Positions 25,023 to 34,802 of a stretch of DNA of 35,857 bases are shown one piece after another (position 1 is the stretch's first letter; each line of letters begins with the position of its first letter). Source of the stretch: Clostridia bacterium (lineage in GTDB: Bacteria; Bacillota; Clostridia; Christensenellales; DTU072); the NCBI GenBank assembly GCA_035270205.1, contig DATFIH010000152.1, positions 1 through 35,857 of the forward strand. Reading direction: 5' to 3'. A program made the position numbers and the translations under genes. A model generated the notes under the pieces. The model saw nothing but the letters and a program-made list of their open reading frames with translations. It did not search any database and was not told where the DNA came from.

Positions 25023-26618
25023 TTACTTAGCGTATTCTACACTCCGTAATTCCCTTATGACATTTACTTTTATCTGCCCGGGATATTCTAACTCCGATTC
25101 TAGCTTCTTGGCTATATCCTTTGCTAAAAATACTGTCTTTGCATCATCTACCTGTTCAGGTTTTACAATTACTCTGATTTCTCTACCTGCTTGAATGGCA
25201 AATGATTGTTCAACTCCTGCGAACGAGTTTGCGAGATTTTCTAATTTCTCAAGACGCTTTACATAGTTTTCTAACGATTCTCTTCTTGCTCCCGGTCTTG
25301 CTCCGCTTATTGCGTCGGCAACCTGAACAATAATCGCTTCAATCGTGGTAGCTTCAATGTCACCGTGATGCGCCGCTATTGCGTGTACCACATCTTCTTT
25401 TTCCCTAAACTTTCTAGCCAAGTCCACACCTATTTGAACGTGTGTTCCTTCATATTCATGGTCTACGGATTTACCTAAGTCGTGGAGCAAGCCTGCTCTT
25501 TTACAAACTTTAATGTCTGCTCCAAGCTCTTGAGCCATAAGTCCTGCCAGGTAACATACCTCTAAGCTATGTTTTAGAACATTTTGTCCATAGCTTGTAC
25601 GATATTTCATACGTCCTAGCAACTTAACTACTTCAGGATGTATTCCGAATAGTCCCGCATCAAATACGGCTTGTTCGCCCTCTTCTTTTATTTGGCTATC
25701 AATATCCTTTCTTACGCGCTCAGCCACCTCTTCTATTCTGCCTGGGTGAATTCTGCCGTCGCTTATAAGCTTTTGCAAGGTCAATCTGGCTATTTCCCTT
25801 CTTACTGGGTCAAAGCCGGTAAGTGTGATTACGTCAGGCGTATCGTCTATTATGATATCAACACCGGTAACACTCTCAAGGGATTTGATATTACGTCCCA
25901 TTCTTCCGATTATGCGTCCTTTCATTTCCTCGCTAGGAAGTTCTACTACGCTCACCGTGGTTTCCGCGGCATGGTCTACTGCGCATCTTTGTATCGCAAG
26001 ACCAACTATATTTTTTGCGCGCTTTTCTGCATCCTCTTTGGCTTTAGCTTCGATATCTTTTACAAGTACCGCGGCATCTTTTTGCGCATCTTCGGTAATT
26101 TGGGCTATAAGGATTTCTTTTGCTTCGGCGCAGGTTAGGTTTGCTACCTTTTCCAACTCCTCAAGCATCTTTTCATTTTTTCTACCTAAATCTTCCTCTA
26201 AGAATTTTAATTCTCTTTCTTTTTCTTTTATTGCCTCTTTGGTCTTTTCGACCGCCTCTAATTTTCCTTCTATAATGCTCTCTTTTTTGTCGATAACATC
26301 TTCTTTCTGGTTAATTCTGGCTTCTTGTTTGGCAATTTCTAAGCGTCTTTGTTTACTTTCTCTTTCAAACTCGTTACGCAATCTTAATTGTTCCTCTTTC
26401 GCTTCCAAAAGAGCTTCTTTACGCAATGTTTTTGCCTCTAATCTTGCATCATCAATCAGTCTTGAAGCTTCCGTTTTGGAATCTCCAATTCTTTTTTCTA
26501 CAGTCTTCTTGTATATCATCAGCGCAACATAAGCACCGATACCCAATGAAACTACGATTAGAGGAATAAATATTGCATATAATTTCCCGTTTGTCACGGC
26601 TATTAGATTGCTTAACAT
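25023..26618 (-). CDS. rny: Ribonuclease Y
   Basis: It has an N-terminal TM helix and a long E/K-rich coiled coil. A KH domain ([26 protein letters not shown]) and an HD domain (LLHDLGK ... AAHHGD) follow. It lies downstream of recA, as in Bacillus. Confidence 0.95.
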   Translation of the reverse strand: MLSNLIAVTNGKLYAIFIPLIVVSLGIGAYVALMIYKKTVEKRIGDSKTEASRLIDDARLEAKTLRKEALLEAKEEQLRLRNEFERESKQRRLEIAKQEARINQKEDVIDKKESIIEGKLEAVEKTKEAIKEKERELKFLEEDLGRKNEKMLEELEKVANLTCAEAKEILIAQITEDAQKDAAVLVKDIEAKAKEDAEKRAKNIVGLAIQRCAVDHAAETTVSVVELPSEEMKGRIIGRMGRNIKSLESVTGVDIIIDDTPDVITLTGFDPVRREIARLTLQKLISDGRIHPGRIEEVAERVRKDIDSQIKEEGEQAVFDAGLFGIHPEVVKLLGRMKYRTSYGQNVLKHSLEVCYLAGLMAQELGADIKVCKRAGLLHDLGKSVDHEYEGTHVQIGVDLARKFREKEDVVHAIAAHHGDIEATTIEAIIVQVADAISGARPGARRESLENYVKRLEKLENLANSFAGVEQSFAIQAGREIRVIVKPEQVDDAKTVFLAKDIAKKLESELEYPGQIKVNVIRELRSVEYAK

Positions 26619-26695
26619 CCTTACCTCCTATTTAAATTCTAATATTCACTTTGTTGCAAATACTGTCTCGTTCGCATACAATATTGCAACAATTT

Positions 26696-26724
26696 ATTAT
26701 ATAATATATTTTAATTAAAGTCAA
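26696..26724 (-). promoter_or_regulatory. Sigma-A-type promoter (TTGACT-17 nt-TATAAT on the minus strand) for rny
   Basis: On the minus strand the -35 is at 26724-26719 and the -10 at 26701-26696. The spacer is exactly 17 nt. Confidence 0.5.
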
Positions 26725-26805
26725 TACCATTTGTATTTGCCCGTCTGTAAGTATTTTGGGATGGTAAATAGCATTTTAGCTTTTTTTACTTAAAGTAAAC
26801 TATTA

Positions 26806-27819
26806 TTATTTTTTGCTTTTTTCTATTTGTTTCAAACCTAGTTTTTCTCTTAAATTTTTCTCTAAGTTTTCGGCAATTTCAGGATTTGATTTGATATAAT
26901 CTACCGCTTTTTCTCTACCTTGGCCTATCCTTTCTCCGTTATAACTGAACCAACTTCCTGTTTTTTGTATTAGCTCGTTTTCTACTGCTAAGTCCAAAAT
27001 ACAACCGTATTTGGATATTCCCAAACCAAATATCATATCAAATTCACAGTTTTTGAAAGGCGCCGCTAATTTGTTTTTTACTACCTTAACTCTTGTTCTG
27101 GAACCTACAACTTCAGTCCCTGACTTGATAGCTTCTGCTCTCCTTACGTCAAAACGCATACTCGCATAGAACTTCAACGCTTTTCCGCCCGCAGTAACTT
27201 CGGGACTTCCGAACATAACACCCACCTTTTCCCTAAGCTGATTGATAAATACAACACACGTGTTGCTTTTTTTAACAACACCAGTAAGTTTCCTTAGCGC
27301 TTGACTCATAAGTCGCGCTTGTAATCCAATGTGCGAGTCGCCCATTTCCCCCTCTATTTCTGCCTTGGGTGTAAGAGCCGCTACGCTGTCGACTACAAGA
27401 ATGTCTATACTTCCGCTTTTTACCAACTCTTCAGTAATATTCAATGCTTGTTCGCCGTCATCAGGTTGTGAAACGTAAAGATTTTTCAAATCTACGCCTA
27501 GGTTACCTGCATATACAGGGTCTAGCGCATGCTCAGCATCGACAAACGCTGCTATACCGCCTAGCTTTTGCGCTTCGGCAATCATATGCAATGCAAGTGT
27601 GGTTTTACCGCTTGATTCTGGTCCATAGACCTCTATGATTCTTCCTCTTGGAACACCGCCTATTCCTGTTGCCACATCAAGTGTTATACATCCCGTGGGG
27701 ATAATGTCAATGTCTACCATAGCTCCATCGCCTAAAGCCATAATTGAGCCTTTGCCAAACTCTTTTTCTATTTGGGCAATTGCCACACTTAATGCTTTTT
27801 TCTTTTCTTCAAAATTCAT
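26806..27819 (-). CDS. recA: Recombinase RecA
   Basis: [19 protein letters not shown], Walker A (GPESSGKTT) and the downstream conserved RecA blocks are all unmistakable. Confidence 0.97.
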   Translation of the reverse strand: MNFEEKKKALSVAIAQIEKEFGKGSIMALGDGAMVDIDIIPTGCITLDVATGIGGVPRGRIIEVYGPESSGKTTLALHMIAEAQKLGGIAAFVDAEHALDPVYAGNLGVDLKNLYVSQPDDGEQALNITEELVKSGSIDILVVDSVAALTPKAEIEGEMGDSHIGLQARLMSQALRKLTGVVKKSNTCVVFINQLREKVGVMFGSPEVTAGGKALKFYASMRFDVRRAEAIKSGTEVVGSRTRVKVVKNKLAAPFKNCEFDMIFGLGISKYGCILDLAVENELIQKTGSWFSYNGERIGQGREKAVDYIKSNPEIAENLEKNLREKLGLKQIEKSKK

Positions 27820-27853
27820 AATTACTCCTTTTTTTGTAATTTCTTCTTATTTG

Positions 27854-28519
27854 TTAATAGTTATCTCTTAAAAATTGCAATGCGTAGAATAAACTAGCAT
27901 TCTTTGTGCTTCTTCTTATTTGTTCTCTTGAGCCTGAAAATAAATTTTTAATAGCAAACGGTTCTCCTCTTGTGCTTGCTATTCCTATATATACCAGCCC
28001 CACCGGCTTTTCCTTAGTTCCGCCGTCAGGACCCGCAATGCCCGTTGTGGATATTGCGATGTCTACCTCATTGTCGATAAGCCCGTATGCCATTTCTTTA
28101 GCAACTTCTTCGCTTACAGCTCCGTATTCTGACAAGGTTTCGTAGCTTACTCCCAATCTATCTGCTTTGGATTGGTTGCTATACGTTACAATTCCCTCAT
28201 AAAATACTTTACTTGCTCCGCTTACCCCAACTATACTTGCGCTTAACATACCGCCTGTACAACTTTCCGCCACCGCCACAAGCAGGTTGTTGTTTTGTAA
28301 GAACGTGACAAACGTTTCTTCTAAGGATATATCGTTATCATTATAAATGATTTCGTCCATATCTTCTAAAATATCGTAGTACTCGCTTTCTTGTATATTC
28401 TCTAAGTATACCACATTGTCTAAGCAGTCATTAACTATCACAACATCCAAACTAGGCTTTATATCTTTTATCTTTTCTTCTATTACATTTTTTTCACCAA
28501 AGCACCTAAACAGATACAT
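27854..28519 (-). CDS. cinA: CinA C-terminal domain protein (nicotinamide-nucleotide amidohydrolase PncC-like) with a short acidic N-terminal extension
   Basis: VAVAESCTGGMLSA ... TYSNQSK ... GAVSEEVAKEMA ... AISTTGIAGPDGG ... PVGLVYIG is the CinA_C/PncC signature. The strong RBS AAGGAGG lies 6 nt upstream of the ATG at 28519. The gene sits immediately upstream of recA. Confidence 0.85.
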   Translation of the reverse strand: MYLFRCFGEKNVIEEKIKDIKPSLDVVIVNDCLDNVVYLENIQESEYYDILEDMDEIIYNDNDISLEETFVTFLQNNNLLVAVAESCTGGMLSASIVGVSGASKVFYEGIVTYSNQSKADRLGVSYETLSEYGAVSEEVAKEMAYGLIDNEVDIAISTTGIAGPDGGTKEKPVGLVYIGIASTRGEPFAIKNLFSGSREQIRRSTKNASLFYALQFLRDNY

Positions 28520-28530
28520 AAGAAGCCTCC

Positions 28531-29808
28531 TTATACTGTTTTCCCAGACAGATTAAAGTCTGCGTAATCTATAAATACATTATATATATTTCCTATTTCC
28601 AACGGAAACTCTGAAGTAAAAAATACCTTAGTATCTATTTGTGGCGCTTGAAACTGTGTTCTGCCATAAAAACATTGTTTGTCATAGTCTATACCTTCGT
28701 AAATAACCTCTTGTATGGTATTTACATACTTAGCTTGTTTGTTAGAAGTCGTAGCGCATTGCATTTTCTCTAGCTTCGTTTGCCACCTTTCCGCTACATT
28801 TTTATTGACTCCTTTGGGATATTCAAAAGCTTTGGTATCTTCTTCGGGCGAGTAGATAAAAAATCCGGCATAATCAACCGCGCCGTCAATAAAATCTAGC
28901 AATTTTTGATGCTCTACTTCTTGCTCATAAGGAAATCCCACAATAAACGTGCTTCTTACAGCTATTTGAGGGCATTTTTTTCTTATGTGTAAAATTAAGC
29001 TTCTAAGACTTTCTTCGCTGCTTCTTCTATTCATCTTTTTCAAAATATTGTTGTCAATATGTTGCATTGGTATATCAAGATATTTTGCAATTTTATCTTC
29101 TTTTGCAATAAGTTCCAAAAGTTCGTCATCGATAAGTTCAGGATATGTATAAAGCAAACGAATTTTCCAAAAATCAAGCTTTACAAGTTCACAAAGCAAA
29201 TCTTTTAATCGCCGTTCCTTGTATAAGTCCATTCCGTAATTAGTTGTGTCTTGCGCAACTAAAATAATCTCTTTTACTCCATTATTTAATAGCGTTTTTG
29301 CCTCTTTGACCAATTCTTCAATTGGCGTTGATACATAAGCGCCGCGTATAAAAGGTATCGCGCAAAAAGCGCAACGATTGTTGCATCCGTCTGCAATCTT
29401 CAAATATGCATAGTGGGCAGGTGTTGTTAATATTCTGCCAACGCTAGGACAATATGGAGTTTCTTCTCCGCATAGCATTGCTATGTGATCAACAATATTT
29501 TTTTCTTCTTTGATATCTAAAAATAAGTCAACTTCCGGCATATCGGCAATCTTTCCGTATCGCTCGGCAAAACAACCAGTTACAATTAGCTTTTTTAGCT
29601 TTTTTTCCTTAAGACTTGCCATTTCTAAAATGGTATCTATTGCCTCTTTTTTTGCATCATTTATAAAGGCGCATGTGTTTACTATAACAATGTCAGCATT
29701 CTCCGCATCATCGCAAAGAGTATGTCCTGCGTTTTTTATTAAGTAAAGCATATTTTCACTGTCAACACGGTTTTTATCGCATCCAAGTGAAATCATTCCT
29801 ATGTTCAT
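28531..29808 (-). CDS. rimO: Ribosomal protein S12 methylthiotransferase RimO
   Basis: It has an MTTase N-domain (ISLGCDKNRVDSE), the radical-SAM motif CNNRCAFC and a C-terminal TRAM-like segment. Its position between ftsK and cinA fits. Confidence 0.85.
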   Translation of the reverse strand: MNIGMISLGCDKNRVDSENMLYLIKNAGHTLCDDAENADIVIVNTCAFINDAKKEAIDTILEMASLKEKKLKKLIVTGCFAERYGKIADMPEVDLFLDIKEEKNIVDHIAMLCGEETPYCPSVGRILTTPAHYAYLKIADGCNNRCAFCAIPFIRGAYVSTPIEELVKEAKTLLNNGVKEIILVAQDTTNYGMDLYKERRLKDLLCELVKLDFWKIRLLYTYPELIDDELLELIAKEDKIAKYLDIPMQHIDNNILKKMNRRSSEESLRSLILHIRKKCPQIAVRSTFIVGFPYEQEVEHQKLLDFIDGAVDYAGFFIYSPEEDTKAFEYPKGVNKNVAERWQTKLEKMQCATTSNKQAKYVNTIQEVIYEGIDYDKQCFYGRTQFQAPQIDTKVFFTSEFPLEIGNIYNVFIDYADFNLSGKTV

Positions 29809-29845
29809 TTAGTAGTAAATGGCAACGCCATTATCTCCCTCTATG

Positions 29846-32551
29846 TTATTTGTCCTCAAGTAAATCAGGATACATTTGGTAAAATTCTTCTTTTGTTATG
29901 AGCAAGGTGCGTTTGTTATTGACTTGCTCCGAAACCCAACCTTTGCTTTCCATATAATCCATAACGTTTGCTATGGTGTTGTATCCTTTTTGCAGCTTTC
30001 TTTGTACAAGCGAACAGCTTGCTCTACCACTTTCGACGCAAATTCTTAGAGATTCTTTAAGCAGTTCCTCTTTGGCATCACTTTTTGCGTCAATTCGTTC
30101 ATCATCTTCTTGGTTTTGGTTGATCAGCATACCGTTAGAATTGGAATATGTTTGCAATTCTTCCTTGCTTCCGTGTAAAATTCTTTCGATTGCATCATAG
30201 TCAAAGTCGATATCGTTGTTAGCTTTAATATCTTCCACGATACCTTCCACCTCCTCGGTGCTAATAAATGCGCATTGTCCTCTTACCATATCCTTACCGC
30301 GTTTTATATACATATCGCCATTGCCTAGCAGACTTTCCGCGCCTTTTGCCTTAAAAATTACCATACTATGGTTATAATCGCCAACGGCAAACGCAATTTT
30401 CGTGTTTAAGTTGTTCTGTATTTCGTTTGTAATAACCTCTTTTACTGGGTTTTGCGTAGCAAAAATAAGGTGAACGCCTGCGGCTCTTGCTATTCTTGCC
30501 AAACTGCTCAAACTAGATTCCACCGGCTTTCTTACCAATGGATTGGTCATAAGCTCACTTGCCTCGTCTATGATTACCACAATTCGCGGTAACTGATTAT
30601 CCTTGCCAACTATATTGTTGTACTCGCTTAGCTTTTTCGCATGCACGCCCCTAAATGCTATATATCTTCTTTCGGTTTCTTCTCTAAGCCACTTAAGCGC
30701 GTTCATTATCTCATTAACGTCGTCTAAAGGTTTTTCTACCAACATATGAGGAAGTCCCGCAAACAACTCCATTTCTACTCTCTTTAAATCTATTAGCATA
30801 AGTTTGACTTCTGCTGGAGAATACCTGTAAAGTATGCTTGCAAGCACAACGCTTATACAAACGCTCTTTCCGCTTCCCGTAGCGCCTGCAATTAGCGCGT
30901 GGGGCATTTCGGCAAGGTCTTCTATCATAATTCTGCCTTCGGCTGTCTTTCCAAGTGCAATGAGAATATCACCCTTTGCTTCGGCATATTCTCGGCTGGA
31001 AATAATTTCTTTAAAACTTACAATTCCTCTTACTTTATTGGGCACTTCAATACCAAAATAAGGACTATCATCCATTTGTGGTAAAATTGTAATTTCTTGT
31101 GTAGTCATAAGCAACCTATTTATATCTGGTTTTGCAGATATAACCTTGCTTATTGGGCATTTATCATCCAAATCAACTATACAACGTGTAATAGTTGGCC
31201 CCTTTATAGCATCTATAAACGTGGCATCAATGTTGTAATTTTTTAGTTTAACTTCAATAACGTCTTTAAGTTCATCAAAATTATCAACGTATGGCACAAA
31301 GCCTTTTGCTTTGGTACTGTGGTCAATTAGAATCTCTTTAGAAGGGTAGTGATAGGGTCGTTGCAATGTAAGTTTTTCTTGCTCAGCAATCTCTTTTACA
31401 ACTCTTTTTCTCACTTCTTTTTTTACAGGTGGCACTATGTACGCTGTTTCTTGTTTTTCTTCTTCTATCATTAACTCTTCATCTTCAACAACTACTTCTT
31501 CTTCAAAACCTCCTTCAAAATCAAAGGTATCGGCAATATCGCTATCATTTTCGTCGCTCGGTGTATCGTCATACAAAACTTCACATGGCGTATAATCGTT
31601 CATTTGTAAGGTTGGTTTTATATCTTCTTTTATTGTCGTTTCTTCTTCTGTATTATACAAACTACGGTAAAACTCATCGCTGCCAAGTCCTAGCTTGTTT
31701 GCAGCATCTTTTCTTAGCTTTTCTTCATTTCTGCTAAGATAATTATTGCTGTACAATGAAGAATTAGGTTTTAACTTGATAGCTTCAATATCGTCGGCAA
31801 TATAATAATCACTCCTCGTTTCTTTGGGATTTAAAAGTGTGGGAGGTAAGAGTTCTTCTTGCTTTGGAACGTTGGGTATGGGTCTTGAATACTCCGCCCC
31901 AAACAACTTTTTACCAGCTTCTTCTTTCGGATCGGGTATTGATATTTTTTCTTGGGCAGGTTTGCCTTTTAATCTTGACAAAAGAGCCTCTTTACCTATT
32001 TCTTCTTTATTTTCTTTTGCTGAGTCGGTCTGGATAAGCGAAAGTTTTTCTTTTTTCTTTTTGTTGTTCACAAAAATATACGGAGCTAACACAAAAAAAC
32101 ATAAAACAACGCTCAATGAAAAGAAAATTATTGTGCTGATAATATACTTACAAGGTAAAACTATGGGCGAGCTAATCAAACTAAGTATTACTCCGCCAAA
32201 AGAAGGCACGTTATAAACAGCTGCTATGTATTCGGAAAAACCTTTATTGATGGCTTCTTTTAAAAATGCAATATGTATTGTAAGCACGATACTTAAAAAA
32301 GCAGAGACAACAAGCGCCGTTCTTCTAGTGGCAACAGTTTTCCATTTTCCCTTTTTGACTAAATCTGCGATAAAGAAAACGTACCCTATTGCTAAGTATC
32401 CGTAAGACATATACCCGAATACGCCAAGAAGCGCTGCATTAGTAACCTTCACTATTAAAAGCACGGTAATAGCTATTAAAATAATTAATCTTAAAAATAC
32501 AAGTTTTTTTCTTTTTGGCATGGCTTTAAAATAAAAACCTAATTTAGGCAT
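29846..32551 (-). CDS. ftsK: DNA translocase FtsK/SpoIIIE
   Basis: The N-terminus has several TM helices, followed by a long low-complexity linker. Walker A is GATGSGKS and Walker B is IVVIIDEASELM. The C-terminal gamma winged-helix reads SCSLVQRKLQKGYNTIANVMDYMESKGWV. AAGGAG lies 4 nt upstream of the ATG. Confidence 0.93.
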   Translation of the reverse strand: MPKLGFYFKAMPKRKKLVFLRLIILIAITVLLIVKVTNAALLGVFGYMSYGYLAIGYVFFIADLVKKGKWKTVATRRTALVVSAFLSIVLTIHIAFLKEAINKGFSEYIAAVYNVPSFGGVILSLISSPIVLPCKYIISTIIFFSLSVVLCFFVLAPYIFVNNKKKKEKLSLIQTDSAKENKEEIGKEALLSRLKGKPAQEKISIPDPKEEAGKKLFGAEYSRPIPNVPKQEELLPPTLLNPKETRSDYYIADDIEAIKLKPNSSLYSNNYLSRNEEKLRKDAANKLGLGSDEFYRSLYNTEEETTIKEDIKPTLQMNDYTPCEVLYDDTPSDENDSDIADTFDFEGGFEEEVVVEDEELMIEEEKQETAYIVPPVKKEVRKRVVKEIAEQEKLTLQRPYHYPSKEILIDHSTKAKGFVPYVDNFDELKDVIEVKLKNYNIDATFIDAIKGPTITRCIVDLDDKCPISKVISAKPDINRLLMTTQEITILPQMDDSPYFGIEVPNKVRGIVSFKEIISSREYAEAKGDILIALGKTAEGRIMIEDLAEMPHALIAGATGSGKSVCISVVLASILYRYSPAEVKLMLIDLKRVEMELFAGLPHMLVEKPLDDVNEIMNALKWLREETERRYIAFRGVHAKKLSEYNNIVGKDNQLPRIVVIIDEASELMTNPLVRKPVESSLSSLARIARAAGVHLIFATQNPVKEVITNEIQNNLNTKIAFAVGDYNHSMVIFKAKGAESLLGNGDMYIKRGKDMVRGQCAFISTEEVEGIVEDIKANNDIDFDYDAIERILHGSKEELQTYSNSNGMLINQNQEDDERIDAKSDAKEELLKESLRICVESGRASCSLVQRKLQKGYNTIANVMDYMESKGWVSEQVNNKRTLLITKEEFYQMYPDLLEDK

Positions 32552-32552
32552 A

Positions 32553-33824
32553 TCACTCCTTATTCATAAATATATCAAAAGCGTTGTAATCTGGTTTTCT
32601 TCCCACGTAGCTTATGCTTGACTGGTCAAACTTTAAGGAAAAATCAATAAATTCCTTTATTCCGTCACTACTTATAGATTCTAGCTCTTTTAGTTGTTTT
32701 TTTACGTTGTACCGTTTATTTAAAAGTAGCATACTCCTTGCATTGACACGCATAACCGACATCGAGTTCTCCGAGCCAAGGATAATTGCAGTTTTGGTTT
32801 GGATAAGCGTTCTGCTTAGTTCTTCAATTTTAAATCCATTTGCAATAATCTCATTTAGACTCTTTCTTATTTCTTTAACAGCTAGCGGCACTTGCTTAGG
32901 GTCAGTAGCAAAGTAAATATAAAAATATCCATCGTCAACATATGATATAGGGGAGGCATAGATAGTGTATACGAGCCCCAGCTCATCTCTGATTTTTTGA
33001 AATAGTCTGCTACTCATACCGCCTGCAAGCATGTTGCAAAATGCGCTGTTTAGCACGCTTTTTTTGTTGCGCAGTCCATAGCAAGGAAACGATATTGCAA
33101 CGTGTGACTGTTGACAGTCGCTTTTTGAAAGCTCTACATATTGACTTTTTGTTGAATTAACATAAAACTTTCTCTTGTCGTACGTTGTCACTTTCATATT
33201 TTTTTCAAAATACTTGTCCACAATTTCTATCGCTCTTTCTTCCGTTATGTCTCCTGCTATACTTATCACCGTGTTTTGTGGAGTATAATATCTGGACATA
33301 AATTCTTTTATAATTTCTTTGTTAAAACTCATTATGTTTTTGCTGTTTCCCAAAATAGGGTACGCAATAGATTTTTTTGGACCATAATGTGCCTTTGCTA
33401 AATTTTCTAGGCATTGATCTTCATTGTCATCTTCGCCCATTTTAATTTCTTCGAGCACAACAGTTTTTTCTTTTTCTAGTGTTGCTTTAGAGAATTCTGA
33501 ATTAAAATACATATCACTCAGTATTTCAGCACAATTTTCCGCATAATCGCTCAAGCCTGCCGTATAAAAGGCGGTTGTATTTTTGGAAGTATACGCGTTT
33601 ATGTTGACGCCGATGCTTTCAAGCTCGTTTACTATTTCAAATGCGGTACGCTTTGCGGTGCCTTTAAAAAGCATATGTTCTATAAAGTGTGAAATACCGT
33701 TAGTATCCTTAGTCTCGTAAAGGCTTCCTACGCCTACAAATACACCTATAGATAGTGAGCGTGTATTATTCAATCTTTCTACAACAAGCCTCAATCCGCT
33801 GTTAAAATTTATCAGTTTATTCAT
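32553..33824 (-). CDS. M16 family (insulinase/pitrilysin-like) zinc peptidase
   Basis: It has the inverted zinc motif HFIEHMLFKGT (HxxEH). The size and two-lobe layout are typical of the M16B group. Its stop is 1 nt from the ftsK start. Confidence 0.85.
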   Translation of the reverse strand: MNKLINFNSGLRLVVERLNNTRSLSIGVFVGVGSLYETKDTNGISHFIEHMLFKGTAKRTAFEIVNELESIGVNINAYTSKNTTAFYTAGLSDYAENCAEILSDMYFNSEFSKATLEKEKTVVLEEIKMGEDDNEDQCLENLAKAHYGPKKSIAYPILGNSKNIMSFNKEIIKEFMSRYYTPQNTVISIAGDITEERAIEIVDKYFEKNMKVTTYDKRKFYVNSTKSQYVELSKSDCQQSHVAISFPCYGLRNKKSVLNSAFCNMLAGGMSSRLFQKIRDELGLVYTIYASPISYVDDGYFYIYFATDPKQVPLAVKEIRKSLNEIIANGFKIEELSRTLIQTKTAIILGSENSMSVMRVNARSMLLLNKRYNVKKQLKELESISSDGIKEFIDFSLKFDQSSISYVGRKPDYNAFDIFMNKE

Positions 33825-33866
33825 TCAAATGCTCCACTACCTTAAATGTTTTCCTATTTTCATATA

Positions 33867-33895
33867 ATTATATACTATAAATAATATTTTTTCAA
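33867..33895 (-). promoter_or_regulatory. Sigma-A-type promoter (TTGAAA-17 nt-TATAAT on the minus strand) for the M16-ftsK-rimO-cinA-recA unit
   Basis: On the minus strand the -35 is at 33895-33890 and the -10 at 33872-33867. The spacer is exactly 17 nt. GGAG lies 7 nt upstream of the ATG at 33824. Confidence 0.5.
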
Positions 33896-34078
33896 TGTTA
33901 TCATTCCATTACTGTAAGAATTTTGTTTGAATTTTTCTAATAATGTAAAACACGGTATGTAACTTTAATATAAAGCTCATTTGTATATAAATTTTAATTG
34001 TGTCTTGCTTCTTTTTAAAAGTTTATATTTATTTTTACAAGCTAAACACAAAAAACACTTGTCTTTTAGCGTTATTCA

Positions 34079-34108
34079 TTGCAAAAATAAGCTATCTTTT
34101 GATATAAT
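34079..34108 (+). promoter_or_regulatory. Sigma-A-type promoter with an extended -10 (TTGCAA-18 nt including TGa-TATAAT)
   Basis: The -35 is at 34079-34084. The TG is at 34100-34101 and the -10 TATAAT is at 34103-34108. Confidence 0.55.
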
Positions 34109-34139
34109 GTGTTTAATTACACTTGCCTTAAAAGGAAAT

Positions 34140-34463
34140 ATGGAAACGTTTTTTACTCAAATTGCATTACGTTATAATGAAGATCCAAAAAATGTAATTG
34201 TACAGGCTCTGCAATATTTTTATGCATTGGACGATATGCTATATATACTGTATTGCTATCAGCTTAATTTAAAAGATCCCTTTGTTGACAAAGATTTTTA
34301 TACAAATGGTTTAAAAAAACAAGGAATAAGGCATATTATTAATGCTCTGTACCAAATACATACCTTGATTAGTAGCGAAGAAAACAAGATAATAGCCGAA
34401 CTTGTAATGTCCGATTATGGCGTATGTGGTTATAGCTATTACGATGAGAAATATTTTATATAA
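34140..34463 (+). CDS. Hypothetical small protein (107 aa), aromatic-rich, no recognisable domain
   Basis: The ORF sits in the frame of track ORF 33981-34463. I start it at the ATG at 34140 because the promoter at 34079-34108 lies inside the longer ORF. AAGGA is 4-5 nt upstream. I recognise no motifs. Confidence 0.45.
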   Translation: METFFTQIALRYNEDPKNVIVQALQYFYALDDMLYILYCYQLNLKDPFVDKDFYTNGLKKQGIRHIINALYQIHTLISSEENKIIAELVMSDYGVCGYSYYDEKYFI

Positions 34464-34500
34464 ATTTTTAAAGACGTTATTTTAATTCGCTAAAAAACAG

Positions 34501-34529
34501 TTGACAAACAAGGTTATTTATATTATTCT
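34501..34529 (+). promoter_or_regulatory. Possible promoter for the tRNA cluster (TTGACA-17 nt-TATTCT)
   Basis: A perfect -35 lies at 34501-34506. A weaker -10 lies at 34524-34529, about 18 nt upstream of the first tRNA. Confidence 0.4.
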
Positions 34530-34546
34530 TATAGAGCAATTATTGT

Positions 34547-34624
<78 letters not shown>

Positions 34625-34638
34625 CAAGCAAATAATAT

Positions 34639-34715
34639 GGCGGCGTAGCTTAGCTGGTTAGAGCGGCCGGTTCATACCCGGCAGGTCGTTGGTTCGAATC
34701 TGACCGCCGCTACCA
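34639..34715 (+). tRNA. tRNA-Met (elongator, anticodon CAT)
   Basis: It folds as a cloverleaf: GGCGGCG / GCTT-GAGC / GCCGG-TTCATAC-CCGGC / GTTGG-TTCGAAT-CTGAC / CGCCGCT-A-CCA. It resembles Bacillus elongator tRNA-Met rather than tRNA-Ile2. Confidence 0.8.
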
Positions 34716-34720
34716 AGTTA

Positions 34721-34795
34721 GGCCCCATGGTCAAGTGGTTAAGACATCGCCCTTTCACGGCGGTAACCCGAGTTCGAACCTCGGTGGGGTCACCA
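34721..34795 (+). tRNA. tRNA-Glu (anticodon TTC)
   Basis: GGCCCCATGGTCAAGTGGTTAAGACA-TCGCC-CTTTCAC-GGCGG... closely matches the B. subtilis tRNA-Glu layout. CCA is encoded. Confidence 0.88.
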
Positions 34796-34802
34796 CAAAA
34801 AA

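Noticed and set aside
25671-26532. Two long + strand ORFs (155 aa and 235 aa, Ser/Leu/Phe-rich) inside the rny locus.
   Set aside because: They are antisense to the E/K-rich coiled-coil region of a clearly recognisable RNase Y gene. The low-complexity composition mirrors GAA/AAG codons on the other strand. Neither has an RBS or promoter.
26661-26680. CGAAC half-site (minus strand), considered as a possible LexA/Cheo box near recA and rny.
   Set aside because: Only one half of the GAAC-N4-GTTC palindrome is present (GAAC-GAGA-CAGT). It also lies downstream of recA rather than in its promoter.
29805-29831. 8-codon mini-ORF (MALPFTTK) whose TGA overlaps the rimO ATG (ATGA), with GGGAG upstream.
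   Set aside because: The SD-to-ATG spacing is only 3 nt, and the ORF is tiny. Such an arrangement arises easily by chance in a 37-nt intergenic spacer. I note it only because rimO itself lacks an obvious SD.
31429-32216. + strand ORFs of 102, 130 and 66 aa inside ftsK.
   Set aside because: They are antisense to the low-complexity linker and TM region of FtsK. The proteins are low-complexity Leu/Ser/Phe-rich with no translation signals.
33981-34139. N-terminal 53-codon extension of the 33981-34463 ORF.
   Set aside because: The extension covers the AT-rich divergent promoter region, including the TTGCAA/TGaTATAAT promoter itself. The start at 33981 is not an ATG and has no SD. The ATG at 34140 downstream of the promoter is the only sensible start.
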